A DNA stretch of 45,613 nt from Diploschistes diacapsis. Lineage: Eukaryota. This document shows positions 22,852 to 35,889 of the stretch, in pieces (position 1 is the first letter of the stretch; every line of letters starts with the position of its first letter). The stretch is from positions 1 to 45,613 of the forward strand of contig JALAIB010000029.1 of assembly GCA_023645945.1 (NCBI GenBank). Direction: 5' to 3'. The position numbers and the translations under genes are program-made. Under the pieces are notes generated by a model that was not told the origin of the DNA, searched no databases, and worked only from the letters and a program-made list of their open reading frames with translations.

Positions 22852-25076
22852 ATGGTGAAGTCGAAGGGTGCGCGATTGTCATTGACCTTCCCCGGGCCAA
22901 CTGAATCGCACCCCAGCTCAATTGGCATAGATGGGGGAGAAGGGATGAAGGAGCCCAAGATATCTGTTGACACGGCAACAGCCGGTCGCAATGGTGCTTC
23001 AAAGTCTGCATTAATCGGGCATAGCACGCAGAGTGAGCGACTTGGAAGCCGCTCAACCTCGCCTGCAACAGCCCCTTCTTCGGCTTCGCAGCGTCCCAAA
23101 TCCCCCGCTTCTCCCTCTTCCCCTGGCTTCACTTCTCTTCCTCCGTTTCCTACATCCCCCACCACATCTTCGAAGCACGCACGAGAGGCGTCAAAATCAC
23201 TTTTTTCAAATCTCAAGGCATCCAAGTCCTCCGTCAGGATACAACCAATCGAACCAACAATTAGAAAAGTCCAGCAAGAAGCAGCTCAAACCGAGGAGCC
23301 CGCCAGAAAGCCGACAAGAACCAAATCCACACCTGATCTACGGGGTGCGAGCATCAGCGAGCCCGTTCCCGATCTGCCTAGCCTGGATCCAAGTTCTCCC
23401 CATCGTAAGTTGCTTCCATCGAGCGCCTTTCGTTAGCTTATCCAGATAACATTTTAGCTTTAGGAAACGGTGCCAGCCACAAGATTCCGCGTCGACCGGT
23501 TAGAAACCCAATACCTACGGTCAACGTGAGTAAGTCAACTGCGGTTGCTCAGGTGCCCGCTGGGACAGGCTCTCCAGCCCAAGACACCCAAGAGTCGAGG
23601 AGGAACCCGAGACTGTTTCATAATTTTATGCGAAGAAATCATTCGAACAAGTCGGATGATGCAGTCTCTTTATCAAAGCCCACAACACCGACCACTTCAA
23701 AAACGCCCGACTTGGCTTTCATCAAGCCCCCAAGTCGAGATCACTCAATTGGAAGGAATCCCTCTCCACTAGTGGATAGCGAAGATCTTGGTGAACCAAG
23801 AACGCAGTTGAAGGACCAGCGGTCGTTGTCCTTTCGCGAAAACGCTGGCTCAACGCTCATGCATGGCCTCAAAAACACCGCAAAGGCAGCTGGAGGCCTT
23901 GGGAAGGCAGGAACCAAATTTTTCAAACAGACGAGACAACCTAACAGCTATGCAAGTCATCAATTCGATTCATCTCAATTCTATCAGTTGAAGGTAATCA
24001 ACAAGCCCCTCAAGGAACAGACCAGATTGACACGTATCGCGAAGAGACTGGAGGACTCCAAAGACAAAACAGAGTTCTGGATGCCGGCATTGCCTTGGAG
24101 ATGTATCGAGTGAGCAGTGCAACTTTTTGGTCATGGCGCAAGGAACTGATGGTTACTACAGTTTTCTCAATTTCAATGGTTGTGAAATCGAGGGTTTGTA
24201 TCGAGTTCCTGGAAGTGATAGAGAAGTCAAAATGTGGAAGCAAAGGTTTGATCAAGGTATGCACCAGTTCTCATCCGACCCATCGACGTCAAACTGACGC
24301 GTGCAGAATATGATGTCAACTTGTTCGAAGAGGAAGAGCTCTACGACGTTAATACTGTGGGATCACTATTTAAAGCATGGCTCCGTGAGCTTCCTGAAGA
24401 GATCTTCTCGCTGGATGTCCAGGAACAGCTTTCCGAAAAGTACGATTCGCAAGAAAAAGCTCCGGCTGAGCTGAAAGAGATGCTATCGGAGCTGCCCCCG
24501 TGGAATTATTACCTTCTGTTCGCTATAACGTGTCACCTGAGTCTTCTAAACGCCTACCAAGAGAAGAACAAAATGACATTCCACAATCTCTTTGTTTGCT
24601 TTGCTCCAGCGTTGAAGATGAACAATCATTGCTTCCGTTGGTTGGTAGCAGACTGGCGCAACTGCTGGAAAGGCTGCTTGACCGAGACCGAAGCTTTGAA
24701 AGAGGAGTATCGCATATTGGACGGAGGACTTCCGAATGGCGAAGATTCGACTCTGGTCGATGAAGCGGAGCAATCCTTGCGTCCACCAGAGAACTACGAG
24801 GAAGCTCACTTTCACCCGGGATCTTTGTCAGTAACTTCCCAGGGACCTGTAATGCCTGCAAAAAGCAGTAACCGGAGCAGCAAAGAACCTAGGCCGATCA
24901 AGGTGGGCCCGCGACCTTCAAAAGACGATTCAGAGCTTTCAATGGTTCATGAACAGAAGAGTTTTGGAAACGGAGATTTTGCTCCCAATACAGCACCGCA
25001 CAATCGAAGTGCGAGCCAATTACCTGAATTGTCCTTTCCACAACCCATCTCGCCGATTTTTGCATCTCAACCTTAG
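22852..25076 (+). CDS. RhoGAP domain protein; 4 exons
   Basis: KTEFWMPALPWRCI, EGLYRVPG (arginine finger), GSLFKAWLRELP, NKMTFHNL.VCF. Introns 23405-23457, 24110-24161, 24257-24306. Confidence 0.9.
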
Positions 25077-25619
25077 AGGCCTAGTGTTAACCTTATTCAA
25101 GGGACCAGCTATATTCCGGAACAACTCTCCAAGTTGAGAATTTCCTGTTCTAGAGCATCTCTTCCTACCCTGGCGAAGGTCGTCAAATACCGTGTTGCTG
25201 GCAGTTTCCACGATCTCAGAGGTCAGAACTTGCATTCTCGGACGATTTGATTTTAGCGGTCTTATGTTAGAGTAGTCTGTACGATGAACCCTGTTGATGG
25301 CTCGGCATTGTGTTTAATTGTTGAACTGGCGCCCCGGGGACTAAAGGGAGTGAGGTTATGAGGCGCTCTTGGCTGTCGTTCGATTTTCAATAACCCATTG
25401 ATTCTCGGGCTCAATCACCAGCTGCATTAATACCGCGTCTCTAACAACAGACGGGAGCAGGCTTCCGGATCAACGCGGCGATGCTCGTCCTTTCATCCGA
25501 CGACTTTGGAATCAGGGCGAAGAGACTGGCTTTTGGATGGATGCATTTACAATGACTGTACAATAGGAACTGCTAGCGAAGGATGATAGAATACAAGACA
25601 CCACCAATCTGCTTGTAGG

Positions 25620-27243
25620 CTATGACGCGTAAATCCTCATACCTATACAGCCCTTTTCCAGTTCACCCACCGTGCCTCCCCCGCTCAAAGCCCACTTCAT
25701 ACCGACGAATTGCTCGCTGACCTTGTGCCTCAGCATTCCGCTCAACGCCCAATATTCCATAAGGCCTTTGGCCTCTTCCTTACTCAACCCTTTCAATCGC
25801 TGCACTCCGATGTCGCTATGGCGGGCAAGACCGCTCGGACTGGAGTGGCTTCCCAAGGGAGAGGAAGCGCGAGCAGAGCCAGAGGCTGCGAAAACATCCA
25901 AGACCCGCTGATCGTACCTAAAGTAAGGATCGGGCTGCGGAATCGGGCTCGGTGCTTGCCCAGTTGCCACAAGAAAGGGCATCGCGGGATCCTCCGCTCG
26001 GGGCTCTAGCGTGCCTTTCGCCAAGGCCTGCTGTGCTTCAAGCTGCTTGAGACGAAAGTCAAGGGTCGGAACGCTCGGAGCATTCGATTCGGTTGTGGCG
26101 GCGAGAACGGCTCCGCCGTTGGGTGAGGTGGCTTCGCCGCTCAAATGGGAGAGGAACCAACGAGGCAAATGGAAATCATGGGCGTGTATGGGCGCGAACG
26201 ATGGCGACATATACGCTGAGCGCTTCATGATATGTTGCAGGCCATCAAGGGTGAGAAGAAGCGGCGGCCGCGATGGCGCAGTGAGTTCAGCCATTAGAGC
26301 ACCGAAAATGTGATAGGACAGGGTCGGGTCCTCTGAGCCAATAGCGCAGAGGCGTGACAAGCTTAGAGTCGACTGTAGCGGGATGGGAAGATTGTGGGAT
26401 AATACCGTTGTCAGCTCCGACAGCTGGGGATTAGCAGCAGCAATCCGGCCGAGGAGTGCTGCTGTATACGTTCTCTGGAAATATAGTGTTGGACTTGAGC
26501 CGGGCACTGGACCGTACTCTGTATGGGCATTCACCAAGTCTTGAGCTATGGGCATGTCAATATCTATCCGCTGGGGAGTTGGTTGCTTTCTCCAAACCTT
26601 CAGGTATATTAATGACAATCCACTTTTGTAAGAAGGCCATTGTCATTGCCTGTAGCAAATAGATACTCTTTCCCGCGCCCTTCTCTCCGACAACAACGTT
26701 CTTATAGACTCTGGAGTCAGACCTTCTTGAAGTGATCTCCTCAAATATCTTCCCGAGCCCAAGAGTCTCGGAGCGCTGCAGGGTACCGGGCCTCCGAAAT
26801 AATGACCAGCTTTGCATGGGCTTGAAAGCCTCTATTGTTCGCAACTGATCTACAACAGGACCTGGGATGCCCAATACTCTTGCCCATAGCCTTGAGTCCG
26901 ATATATTGTCCGCTTGTAGATCCTGCATGGCAGCAACTTCGAAAGCGTTTGTATTACTGAGCACGACGCGTTTCCGTATGGCCTTTCTCTCTCCTGGAGC
27001 TGGAGCGCGACTTTTAGTATCTTGGCCCGGCCTCTTCTTCTTAACTTTAAAGGCTGTTTTTTCACCGCGTCTCGGGCTTCCTGAGGCACCGCTCTTGGAC
27101 TTTGGGGTAGGATTTGCGCATACGGTTGAGCTAGTGGAAAAGGAAGCGGACGATGGGAGGTATCGCGCGCTAGAGAAGGGGGCAAGTAACGGCAAGCTGG
27201 AGGTATATAAAGGCATACACCTCCAGCAAAGTTGAAGAGCCAT
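25620..27243 (-). CDS. RSM23: Mitochondrial small-subunit ribosomal protein mS29 (DAP3 family)
   Basis: Presequence-like N-terminus, PAPGERKAIRKRVVLSNTNA, P-loop GEKGAGKS, VINIPE|AQDL, RPPLLLTLDG, GLMEYWALSG. Intron 26546-26597. Confidence 0.92.
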
Positions 27244-27451
27244 GTTCACAGCATGTGAGTCTCGAACTGAAATCAATCGTCGTCTCCCCCTACCCTTGAA
27301 CATGGTACAGACAGAAGCTGTCGGAAAGCCTTGGCAAATCTTGGCACCGACGGAGCTTGTATTAGTAATATATTAATAATTGAACTAAAGAAATGGGAAT
27401 GTGCTTCACGGAGTGACTTAGCGACTTACCGAGTTTCGTTTTGACTCCAGC

Positions 27452-28149
27452 ATGGAAATGGACGGACTGGAAAGCAGTGGAGCTGTAGCTTTGGAGGAGA
27501 ACTCCGCCGTTCGGCAGAGTAGACTGTACGGACGCTCGAAAGGAACTAATGAGCCAGACGTACCAGTGCTGAATGTGTGTTCTGCAACAGGCCAGTCGTT
27601 GTCGAGAAACCGATACCGTATACTTTTGATCTCGGCAACCTGATCTGCAACGACAGCAACCCGATTCCGCCACAACCAACGAATGCCGAGATTGCTGCAG
27701 TCTCCCGTGACTGCGCACAGGCTTTGATCAACCAGCTTCTCACAACATGTACGATCACCCACAGTTCTACCGAAGGAACTCTTATCAGTTTACCTACCGC
27801 CACTACTCCATTGCCTAGAGAGAAGCCTCTTCCAGCGGAAAAATCGGAGACGAAGTGGGAGCGCTTTGCACGCAAGAAGGGCATCACCAAGAAGCCTCGG
27901 GGTGAGGGTAAGATGGTATACGATGAGGAAAGGGGTGATTGGGTCCCAAAGTGGGGCTACAAAGGCCGAGGCAAAGATGAAGAAGAAGACTGGATTGTGG
28001 AAGTGGATGAGAAAAAGGAGAGCGAACTGAAAGCTGGTGAATCCATCAGGCGTGTTGGTAAACGAGAGAGGGCGGACAACGCGAAACGGAACGAGAGAAA
28101 GCAAAGAGCGAACGAGCGAAAGGCTCGAAAAAGTGGGACATTTACATGA
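27452..28149 (+). CDS. RRS1: Ribosome biogenesis regulatory protein
   Basis: KPIPYTFDLGNL, RDCAQALINQLL, LPREKPLP, TKWERFARKKGI, WVPKWGYKG. Intron 27526-27590. Confidence 0.95.
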
Positions 28150-28453
28150 TATGCAAACTGCAGGGCTCCAGCTCAGCAGCCATAACTAAAAACACTTTCC
28201 TACAAGCGACGGACAAGATGGTACGAGAACAGTGCCCTAAAGTGCACGGGTTCCGTTACGGTTCAACGTGATACAGGACAGAAGTCCATTAAAGGCATGA
28301 CACAGCTAAAGTGAAAACCGATCAAGTTGACGAGGTTCAGATGGTCATTAAACTTTCCATGCTTTCGTTCCTTCTTGCTTGAGATAGCGGTATGTTCAAA
28401 GTACAAAGGAGCTCAAAACGATCCATGTCATGTGAGCGAGCATACCATCCACA

Positions 28454-31114
28454 TCATCCATCGTCAGACGCATCGGAGTCCTCTACTGCCTCTATGAAAA
28501 CTAGGCGTGTTCCCTCCGCGGCAGTTTGCCAAACCTGCCAACGGTTAGCTCCTCATATGAGTGCTGATCACGCGAATTCTTACATCAAGCAACATATACT
28601 CCCGCAAAGCTTGGCTAAATTGGTCCTCGGTGAAGCCTTTGGCGATTATACGTTCCTTCACTTTCCTCATGCTGAGCTCACCTTTGCTCCCATCTCCAAC
28701 TGCTGCGGCGCCGCTCTCACGCATGCCACGAACAAGGTTGTAGATCTTGGAGCTAATGCTTTGATCATCATTCTTGCCCGGATCATTCTGCAGACTGGCT
28801 TTGCTAACTTCTACAAGCCTTAAAGCCTCGTCCACGTCATCGCTCACCACTTCGGTTGAGAACCGTAGCCTAGCCAATGCCTGCGATAGACGTACAATGG
28901 CAAGCAAAGTTCGTAGCGAGGTATAGGAAAACTGCTTTTTGGTTCCTTCGTCACGTTTGTGGGCTTGACGCATTCTCACGTACGCACCGACCATATAATC
29001 TGAGACCTCTTTGGGGACGGTCGGTCGATAGCTACGTGCTTGGGCAATGTACTCCCGAACTTCTTGCGTTGTAAATATGATGCCTTCAGTCTCGGGATGC
29101 TTGTTGTTCATGTGCACGAATGTGACATGCTGAGCCAGTTCCTCGTCAGAATCCCGTGACGGCTGGTCTAAAATCAGGAAGAGCACGTCAAACCGGGAAA
29201 GAAGGGCGGCGGGAAGGTTTATGTTCTCCACAGGCGAGACTCGCGGGTTATATCGTCCGTATAGGGGGTTCGCAGCAGCGAGAATAGATGTCCGGGCGTT
29301 CAAAGTCGTGGTGATGCCTGCCTTCGATATCGAGATTGTCTGCTGTTCCATCACTTCATGTATAGCTGTTCGGTCGCTATCGTCCATCTTGTCAAACTCG
29401 TCGATACAGCAGATGCCATTGTCCGCTAGAACCAGAGCTCCACCTTCAAGGACCATCTCATCCGTCACTGGATCTCTCATCACAGCAGCGGTCAGACCGA
29501 CACCGCTGCTGCCTCGACCGGTTGTGTACACGCCTCGTGGAGCCACTTTAGTGATGTACTTTAGCAATTGCGATTTCGCGACACCTGGATCGCCCATGAG
29601 ACAGATATTAATATCCCCTCTGATCTTCATCCCATCACCCATTTCCTTTGTCACCCCACCGATCAGAAGCAAGAGCAGAGCCTTTTTAACATCGATATGT
29701 CCATAAATTTCTGGTGCGATTGATTTTGCGAGATACTCGTACATGTGGCCCGAATTCTGGTGCTGTTCAATGCGCCTTAACGTTCTTCCATCTATAATAA
29801 GGTCGTCATAAGCCTTCTTGTATTGATTCACCCACTGAGCTTCTAGATAGGTATCTGTAAGTAGACCAGCGCGGATAGCTTTGAAACCAGTATAAGGAGT
29901 AGGTAGGAAAATCCCGGCAACATCCACAATGTCGCCGGGGTTGATTTTACGCGTTAAGGTGCCATTGCAATGAATACTGAGGGTGCGAGGGATGTGCCCG
30001 ACAGGTACTTGATCAGCCATCTCCTGGATCTTGACTTCCTGAAAGGGGAGAAATTTAGACGCTCGGGTGGAAAGGAACAATTGGCCCTTGGAATTATTGT
30101 TCACGCACTCCGCGGACGGGCACTCTACCATTGGGGTAAACTGCTTGGTAGTGACTGGCTGAAAAATTTCGCAGCCACATCTGTCACAGGTATAAGCATT
30201 AACCTGCACAGCGGGCTTAACGTCAGATACACGGGTCGCAATGCCCTTGACAGTGATAAGATGCCCTAGATGCTCGCCCCGTACATTACGGACCGCTAGG
30301 GGCTTCAGGTTCGAACTGCTGCTAGCTCTGCTTGCCGTTCTTGGTTTGAAGACCAAGGTATAGCGTCTTGTAAGTTCTGGAGGGAAGATCGAAGGCGGCA
30401 TTGACGGATCCAAGTCGTTGTCCTGAGCTATAGTCATGGCAGCATTCCTTCTCTCACGTTGCGACATAATTATATCAAGAACATCGTCCTTGAAACTGTC
30501 AATGTCAGTGTTGTCTCATCATGAGATCATCTACATCTTACCTTATGTCTTGAGTTTCTTTCGGCATTACGGCATCAACTGCCCTAGATACAATCTCAAT
30601 GTAGTGTTTGGCATTGCGCTCGATGGATTGTACAAGCTTGAGCGATTCTTCTTCCCTCATGTTTTCCTCATACTAAGACACGTGAGTACTCACCCTGTCT
30701 AGAAACTTGAGGGTAACTGTAAAGCTGGTGGCTCTAACCGTGGCTATATCGTCAAGATCTATGCAGATCTCCGACAGTTGTCGATCGGCGATATGCTGCA
30801 GCATCTCTATGTACTTCTTGCGTGACCTGTGGCCTTCCGTGCCTTGAGGGCGTCGTCGGCCGTTCGAATGGCCGTCGGCATCGTCCATGAAATCATAGTC
30901 ATCGCTGATGTCGTCTCCATCGAGGTTCAGGTTTTCTAATGCGTCTGCAGCTGAGTCCTCATTCGTAGCAGTCGAGACCTTGAAGGTCGTCAAAAAATCC
31001 TCAAAAGCGCCTGGATAAGCCAATTAGATGAAGGTCAACAAGGAGAAGAATGGGACACAGGCCTTGTTGAGCGTGATAATCAATCTGATATCTTCGGGTA
31101 CTGAACAGTGCCAT
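28454..31114 (-). CDS. MCM7: DNA replication licensing factor MCM7; 5 exons
   Basis: [53 protein letters not shown]. Introns 31011-31062 (GC-AG), 30673-30738, 30496-30541, 28535-28583. Confidence 0.96.
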
Positions 31115-31349
31115 AGTGCGAGGTATCGTTTAGGCTATGAACAGATGGGTCACAAACAGCATGCCAACCTTGAGAGGATGAGCGTAGTTTCTGGTCATGG
31201 GTAAGTCGAAGTCAGTTTCATTTCCATTCCAGTCCACAAACGCACACTTGCACCTATGAAGCGACAAAAAAGTTACAACAGACAAGATGCGAGGTATCTA
31301 CAGGAGTAGTACTCCGTACACATAAACCGTTGGCGGAAGAAGTGCCAGT

Positions 31350-31372
31350 ACGCGTTCGCGTCATTTTCGCGG
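31350..31372. promoter_or_regulatory. MCB/SCB-like cell-cycle elements in the MCM7/PEX1 divergent promoter
   Basis: ACGCGT (31350-31355) followed immediately by TCGCGT and TTTTCGCG. Confidence 0.55.
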
Positions 31373-31591
31373 ACATTGGGTTCGGACTATCGTACATCCG
31401 CACTTGAGTCCTTGATACTATCAGTCACGCCTAGTCCTGCAGGCCATGAGGTATCCTGTCTGACAGCCCGCCATGTGCCATTACGAGCTGCAGCCGAGGC
31501 TTATATCTTTGCTATCAATTCCGCATTGGGCTGTTGACACCTATCGATTCGTTGAAAGGCGGCAAGGGATGCCCACCAAGACACTTGAGCA

Positions 31592-34500
31592 ATGGGCCTA
31601 AACAAGACCAGCACGTTAGCTGAAGTAGGCTTTGTGCAGCTTCGAAACTGTCTGGTTAACCTACCGCGAAGTCTTGCAGAGGCTCTAGGTAACACCAACA
31701 CCGTGAGGGTCCCAGGACTGCTACTTTGCCTATATTCCTTCAATTCAATGAAAATGTCTTACTCTTCGTAGGCTGCTCAAAATGTTGTGGTTCAGCTGGA
31801 ATATCAAAGTCCTCATGAAGTCAAAACCGATTCGAAGCCAGAGAGCATTCAAAGGTCCGTTTACGTTGGTTGGACGGGCCTTAGTAGTCGGTCCAAAGGA
31901 CCTGTAGCAATAGCCGAGAATACTTCCAGAAGATATGGAACCAGTAGCAGGAGCCATGGCGTGATCGAAATTGATGCAAACTTTGGCCGAACGCTTGGTT
32001 TGTCTGAGAAACTTCAGGTATGTTCTGCCATGCACATGACCGATTTTGGCTCAGACAATACTCGAGGTTGCTGTCTACCTGCATTTCGACCCTATCATTG
32101 CGCATACCGTCAGCATCGAGCCTCTCACGATCGCGGATTGGGAGAGTCTGTATTTTATACCCCTGAAAGAGCATTGTCTAGCTGACCAAATTAAGTCATC
32201 GAGCTTCATGCCACTTTTCTGGAAACGAACCTCCAAGCACAGATACGAGCGATTCCTAATCCTTTCCACAATAGCCCATCCTCTACCCGTATAGGAGGTT
32301 ATCCATTGACACTCCACCTTTCCCCTACGTCCACAGCGAATGTTATTGTAACATCGGCTGCGCCTCAAGCGCCTTCTGATGTCGGCTTTCTAAAGCTATC
32401 ACCCGATGCAGAGATCATAGTTGCTCCGAAGGCACGTCCGCGCTTAGCGCGCAGCAACAAAACCGAAACAAGCAGCACCATCAGTGGTGGTCGAAGAAGT
32501 GCGACGGGTAGGAGTTATTCAGGCTCAACTCGACAGAAAAGCAGCAAAGCTTCATTCCAGAGATCTCTGTTTTTAAGAGGACTAGATCAGAGTGTTCTAT
32601 CCGGCCCTGTTGCAGGTTCCCAAACGGACCAAAGAATGACCGTGTATGTTGATAAGGCCTTGATGACTACGGAACTATTTCGCGACAGCGTCTATGTTGT
32701 AGTTTCCATCGTTAGCTCGAACGCTATACACCTATCTCAAGAACTCCAAGACCGGCTGAAGCACCATGAACGAGGGGAAGAGGACGCTCCCAACCAAATT
32801 GCTAAATTTGTAACGAAGATTTTGGAATGGCCGGATGCTCCAGACAACCAACATGTCCTACTCAGTCCTTATCTAGCTAAAGTGATTGGAATCGAGCACA
32901 TGGCTGGCTGCATTGTGCGGGTGGAACCTGCTCCAGGCCCTCTACGACACTCGGGAGTCGTGACCCTCAACGTCATCCCTTTTCTGCCTCCTGGTGCAGC
33001 TCGGTCCGAGAACATTAAATTTGGAGGTGAAACTAGGGCCTCAAAGGATTTGGCGGCTCAAATGATCAAGTCCATATATGGTGACGCTCGAAAAGGTCTT
33101 CTGCGTGGCCCGTTGACAGCAGGTCTAACTCTTGTCAGACCTGAAGATGACGCGCGTGACTGGCATGGTGGTGTGGTGTACATCGAGCACACTAAAGGAA
33201 TGCAGGATCGCCAAAAGGCAGTTGTGTGGGTGAATGGCGAAGAAACAGACTTCAACATACAAGTACAGCAGGCTGTTACGGCTCCTCTAGAGCCTAGAAA
33301 AAACGTGACCGGTATCTTGAATGCTCTCCCCCTGGAACCTCCTTCAATCGTCGGGAATGACACCACGATCCTTGCTGTAGTAAAAAATCTCTTACATGGC
33401 TCTTCCGTTCTTGTGACTGGGGGTTTAGGGAGTGGTAAAACGTCTGTGGCGCGAGCAATAGCTCATCGGTTACGGAAAGAGCATCTATTCCATATCTCGT
33501 ACCTCAGCTGTCGGAAGCTACTGTCCGATGATATCCGCACTGCCGTTGTAAGCGAAGCACTTGAGAAGTTGTTCATGACAGCTATATACGGGACAAGGCT
33601 TGGTGGGAAGTCACTGATCATACTTGATGATCTAGATAAAATATGTCCGGTAGAGACTGAACTTCAGATTGGAAACGAGAACCAGCGTTCAAGGCAGATT
33701 AGCGAGCTTTTTCGCTCCACAGTCAGTCAAACATGTCAGCTTCTATCTAATATCTCTCTCCTCGTGACTGCACAAAGCAAAGACAATTTGCATCAAGTCA
33801 TAACCGGAGGCCATGTCGTTCGTGAAACAGCAGAGCTGAAGGCGCCGACCAAGCAAATCCGCTCTCAAATCTTAGAGCTCCATCTCGTGCAAAAGCTGCA
33901 TCGTTCGAAGGCCCTCGAAAATAGCAGTTCTAACTACGAATCAACAGCGAATCCAGACCGACGATCGGTTCTAGCCAACGAATGGGACGGCCAAGTGATT
34001 GCTCCACACACCGCTCAACGTTCTGTGTCAGATATTGACTTTCTAGATATTGCTAGCCGAACTGACGGCTACATGCCTGGCGATTTGCAGTTGCTGCTAT
34101 CAAGAGCGCAGGGAGAAGCTCTGACACGGTGCCTTTATCAGTGCCAAGGTACTACTGTTGTTGAGCTCGCCACTGTGGACTTCATCGAAGCGCTCAAAGA
34201 TTTCACTCCTGCGTCACTACGCAACGTTACCTTGCAAACGTCCACCACAACGTTTGACTCCATCGGAGGCCTCCGTCTAGCTAGGAGAACTTTGCTCGAG
34301 ACCCTTCAATATCCTACTATATATGCCCCAATATTCAATCAGTGTCCGCTCCGTCTACGATCAGGCCTGCTCCTCTATGGTTATCCAGGATGTGGGAAAA
34401 CACTTCTGGCAAGCGCAGTTGCCGGAGAATGTGGTCTGAATTTTATCAGCGTCAAAGGTCCGGAGATCCTGAACAAATACATCGGAGCAAGCGAGAAGAG

Positions 34501-35434
34501 TGTGCGAGATCTCTTTGATCGAGCGCAGGCTGCCAAACCCTGTGTGCTTTTCTTTGACGAGTTTGACAGTATCGCGCCCAAGCGCGGCCACGATTCCACA
34601 GGTGTCACAGATAGGGTCGTCAATCAGTTGTTAACGCAGATGGATGGCGCCGAAGGATTGTCGGGAGTCTATGTTCTTGCCGCAACGTCTCGTCCGGACC
34701 TGATAGACCCAGCTCTGCTAAGGCCCGGACGACTAGACAAGTCCCTGCTCTGCGACATGCCTTCGTTAGAAGATAGATTGGACATCCTCCGCGCAGTCAG
34801 TAGAGATCTTAAGATGAGTGCTGCTGTTCTTAGCGATGATCATTCAGCTGAGACACTCCGAGAAGTTGCAGAACGCACGACTGGTTATACTGGTGCCGAC
34901 TTACAAGCCGTACTCTACAACGCTCACCTCCAGGCCATCCATGACATGCTTGGCGAGCAAAAGTCATCACGCCCAGCTGCACAAGATATGCGCGTAACGG
35001 GAAGTGAAGGCAGGCTGCAGTCAACCACGCACAGAGAACTGGTACACTTCCTGTTCGGGCAAGGAATTCACCAGCCTGATAGCCCGCAAGATCTATATCC
35101 CTCCCATGTTGCTACGCAAAAGATTGCGAAACTAGAAGCTATGGATGCTACTCTACTCGGTTCAAAACTAGCCCGACGCAAGGACAGGGCAAGACGATTG
35201 GCCAAGGCCGAAGTCAAGAATAATGCAGCTGGCGTCACCGTAGGTAAGGGCCCTGATGTTATAATTGAGTGGAAACATATCAAGTTCTCATTGCAAGCAA
35301 CGAAGAGTTCAATGAGCATGGAAGAAAGGAGGAAACTAGAACGAGTCTATGGAGAGTTTCAAACGGCTAGAAACGGAGAAATGCCATCTGGACAAGCGTC
35401 GAGGGAAGTGGGCGCCAGAAGCAGTCTTATGTAA
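31592..35434 (+). CDS. PEX1: Peroxisomal AAA ATPase Pex1; 4 exons
   Basis: N-terminus LRNCLVNLP...QNVVVQL, VGWTG, IEPLT..DWE.IELHA. D1 Walker A GGLGSGKT; D2 LRLRSGLLLYGYPGCGKT, KGPEILNKYIGASE, PKRGHDSTGVTDRVVNQ. Introns at about 31703-31771, 32018-32066 and 32145-32195. Confidence 0.96.
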
Positions 35435-35889
35435 TACATGCTCAAGCAGCAGGCGACAGCAATGAACAGGTGGCCATTAGCCAGAGTGACTGCTCTAGCG
35501 CTCTTACTTGAAAGCCCCTTATTTTTTTTCCATATTTGGTAAGCGTGCTAGCAGCCTTGGCGTAGTCAACCACCAGGTAGCTCTGGGTAGTAATATGCGC
35601 GCTTCTACCATATCATGTTGACATAAAAAAGCAAGGGCTTATCCGGTTTCAGTTATGGTGCTTATAGGTATCTTTTACTTCCTAATCCGTGATCCGGCAC
35701 CAAACTCATTCTACAGATGCATCAGGTGGTAACGGCCCAAATTCCGCTCGAAAGTATGGGACTCTTTACTCCAGAAAGACAACGAGTCGAACACAGCATA
35801 GCTGCACTTACTCAACCGTCCCAATACTTGGGAAGCCCGTGAATGTAGCTCATTAGGAACGTGTAGCAGTTCAGAAATGGGTGGCAAAA

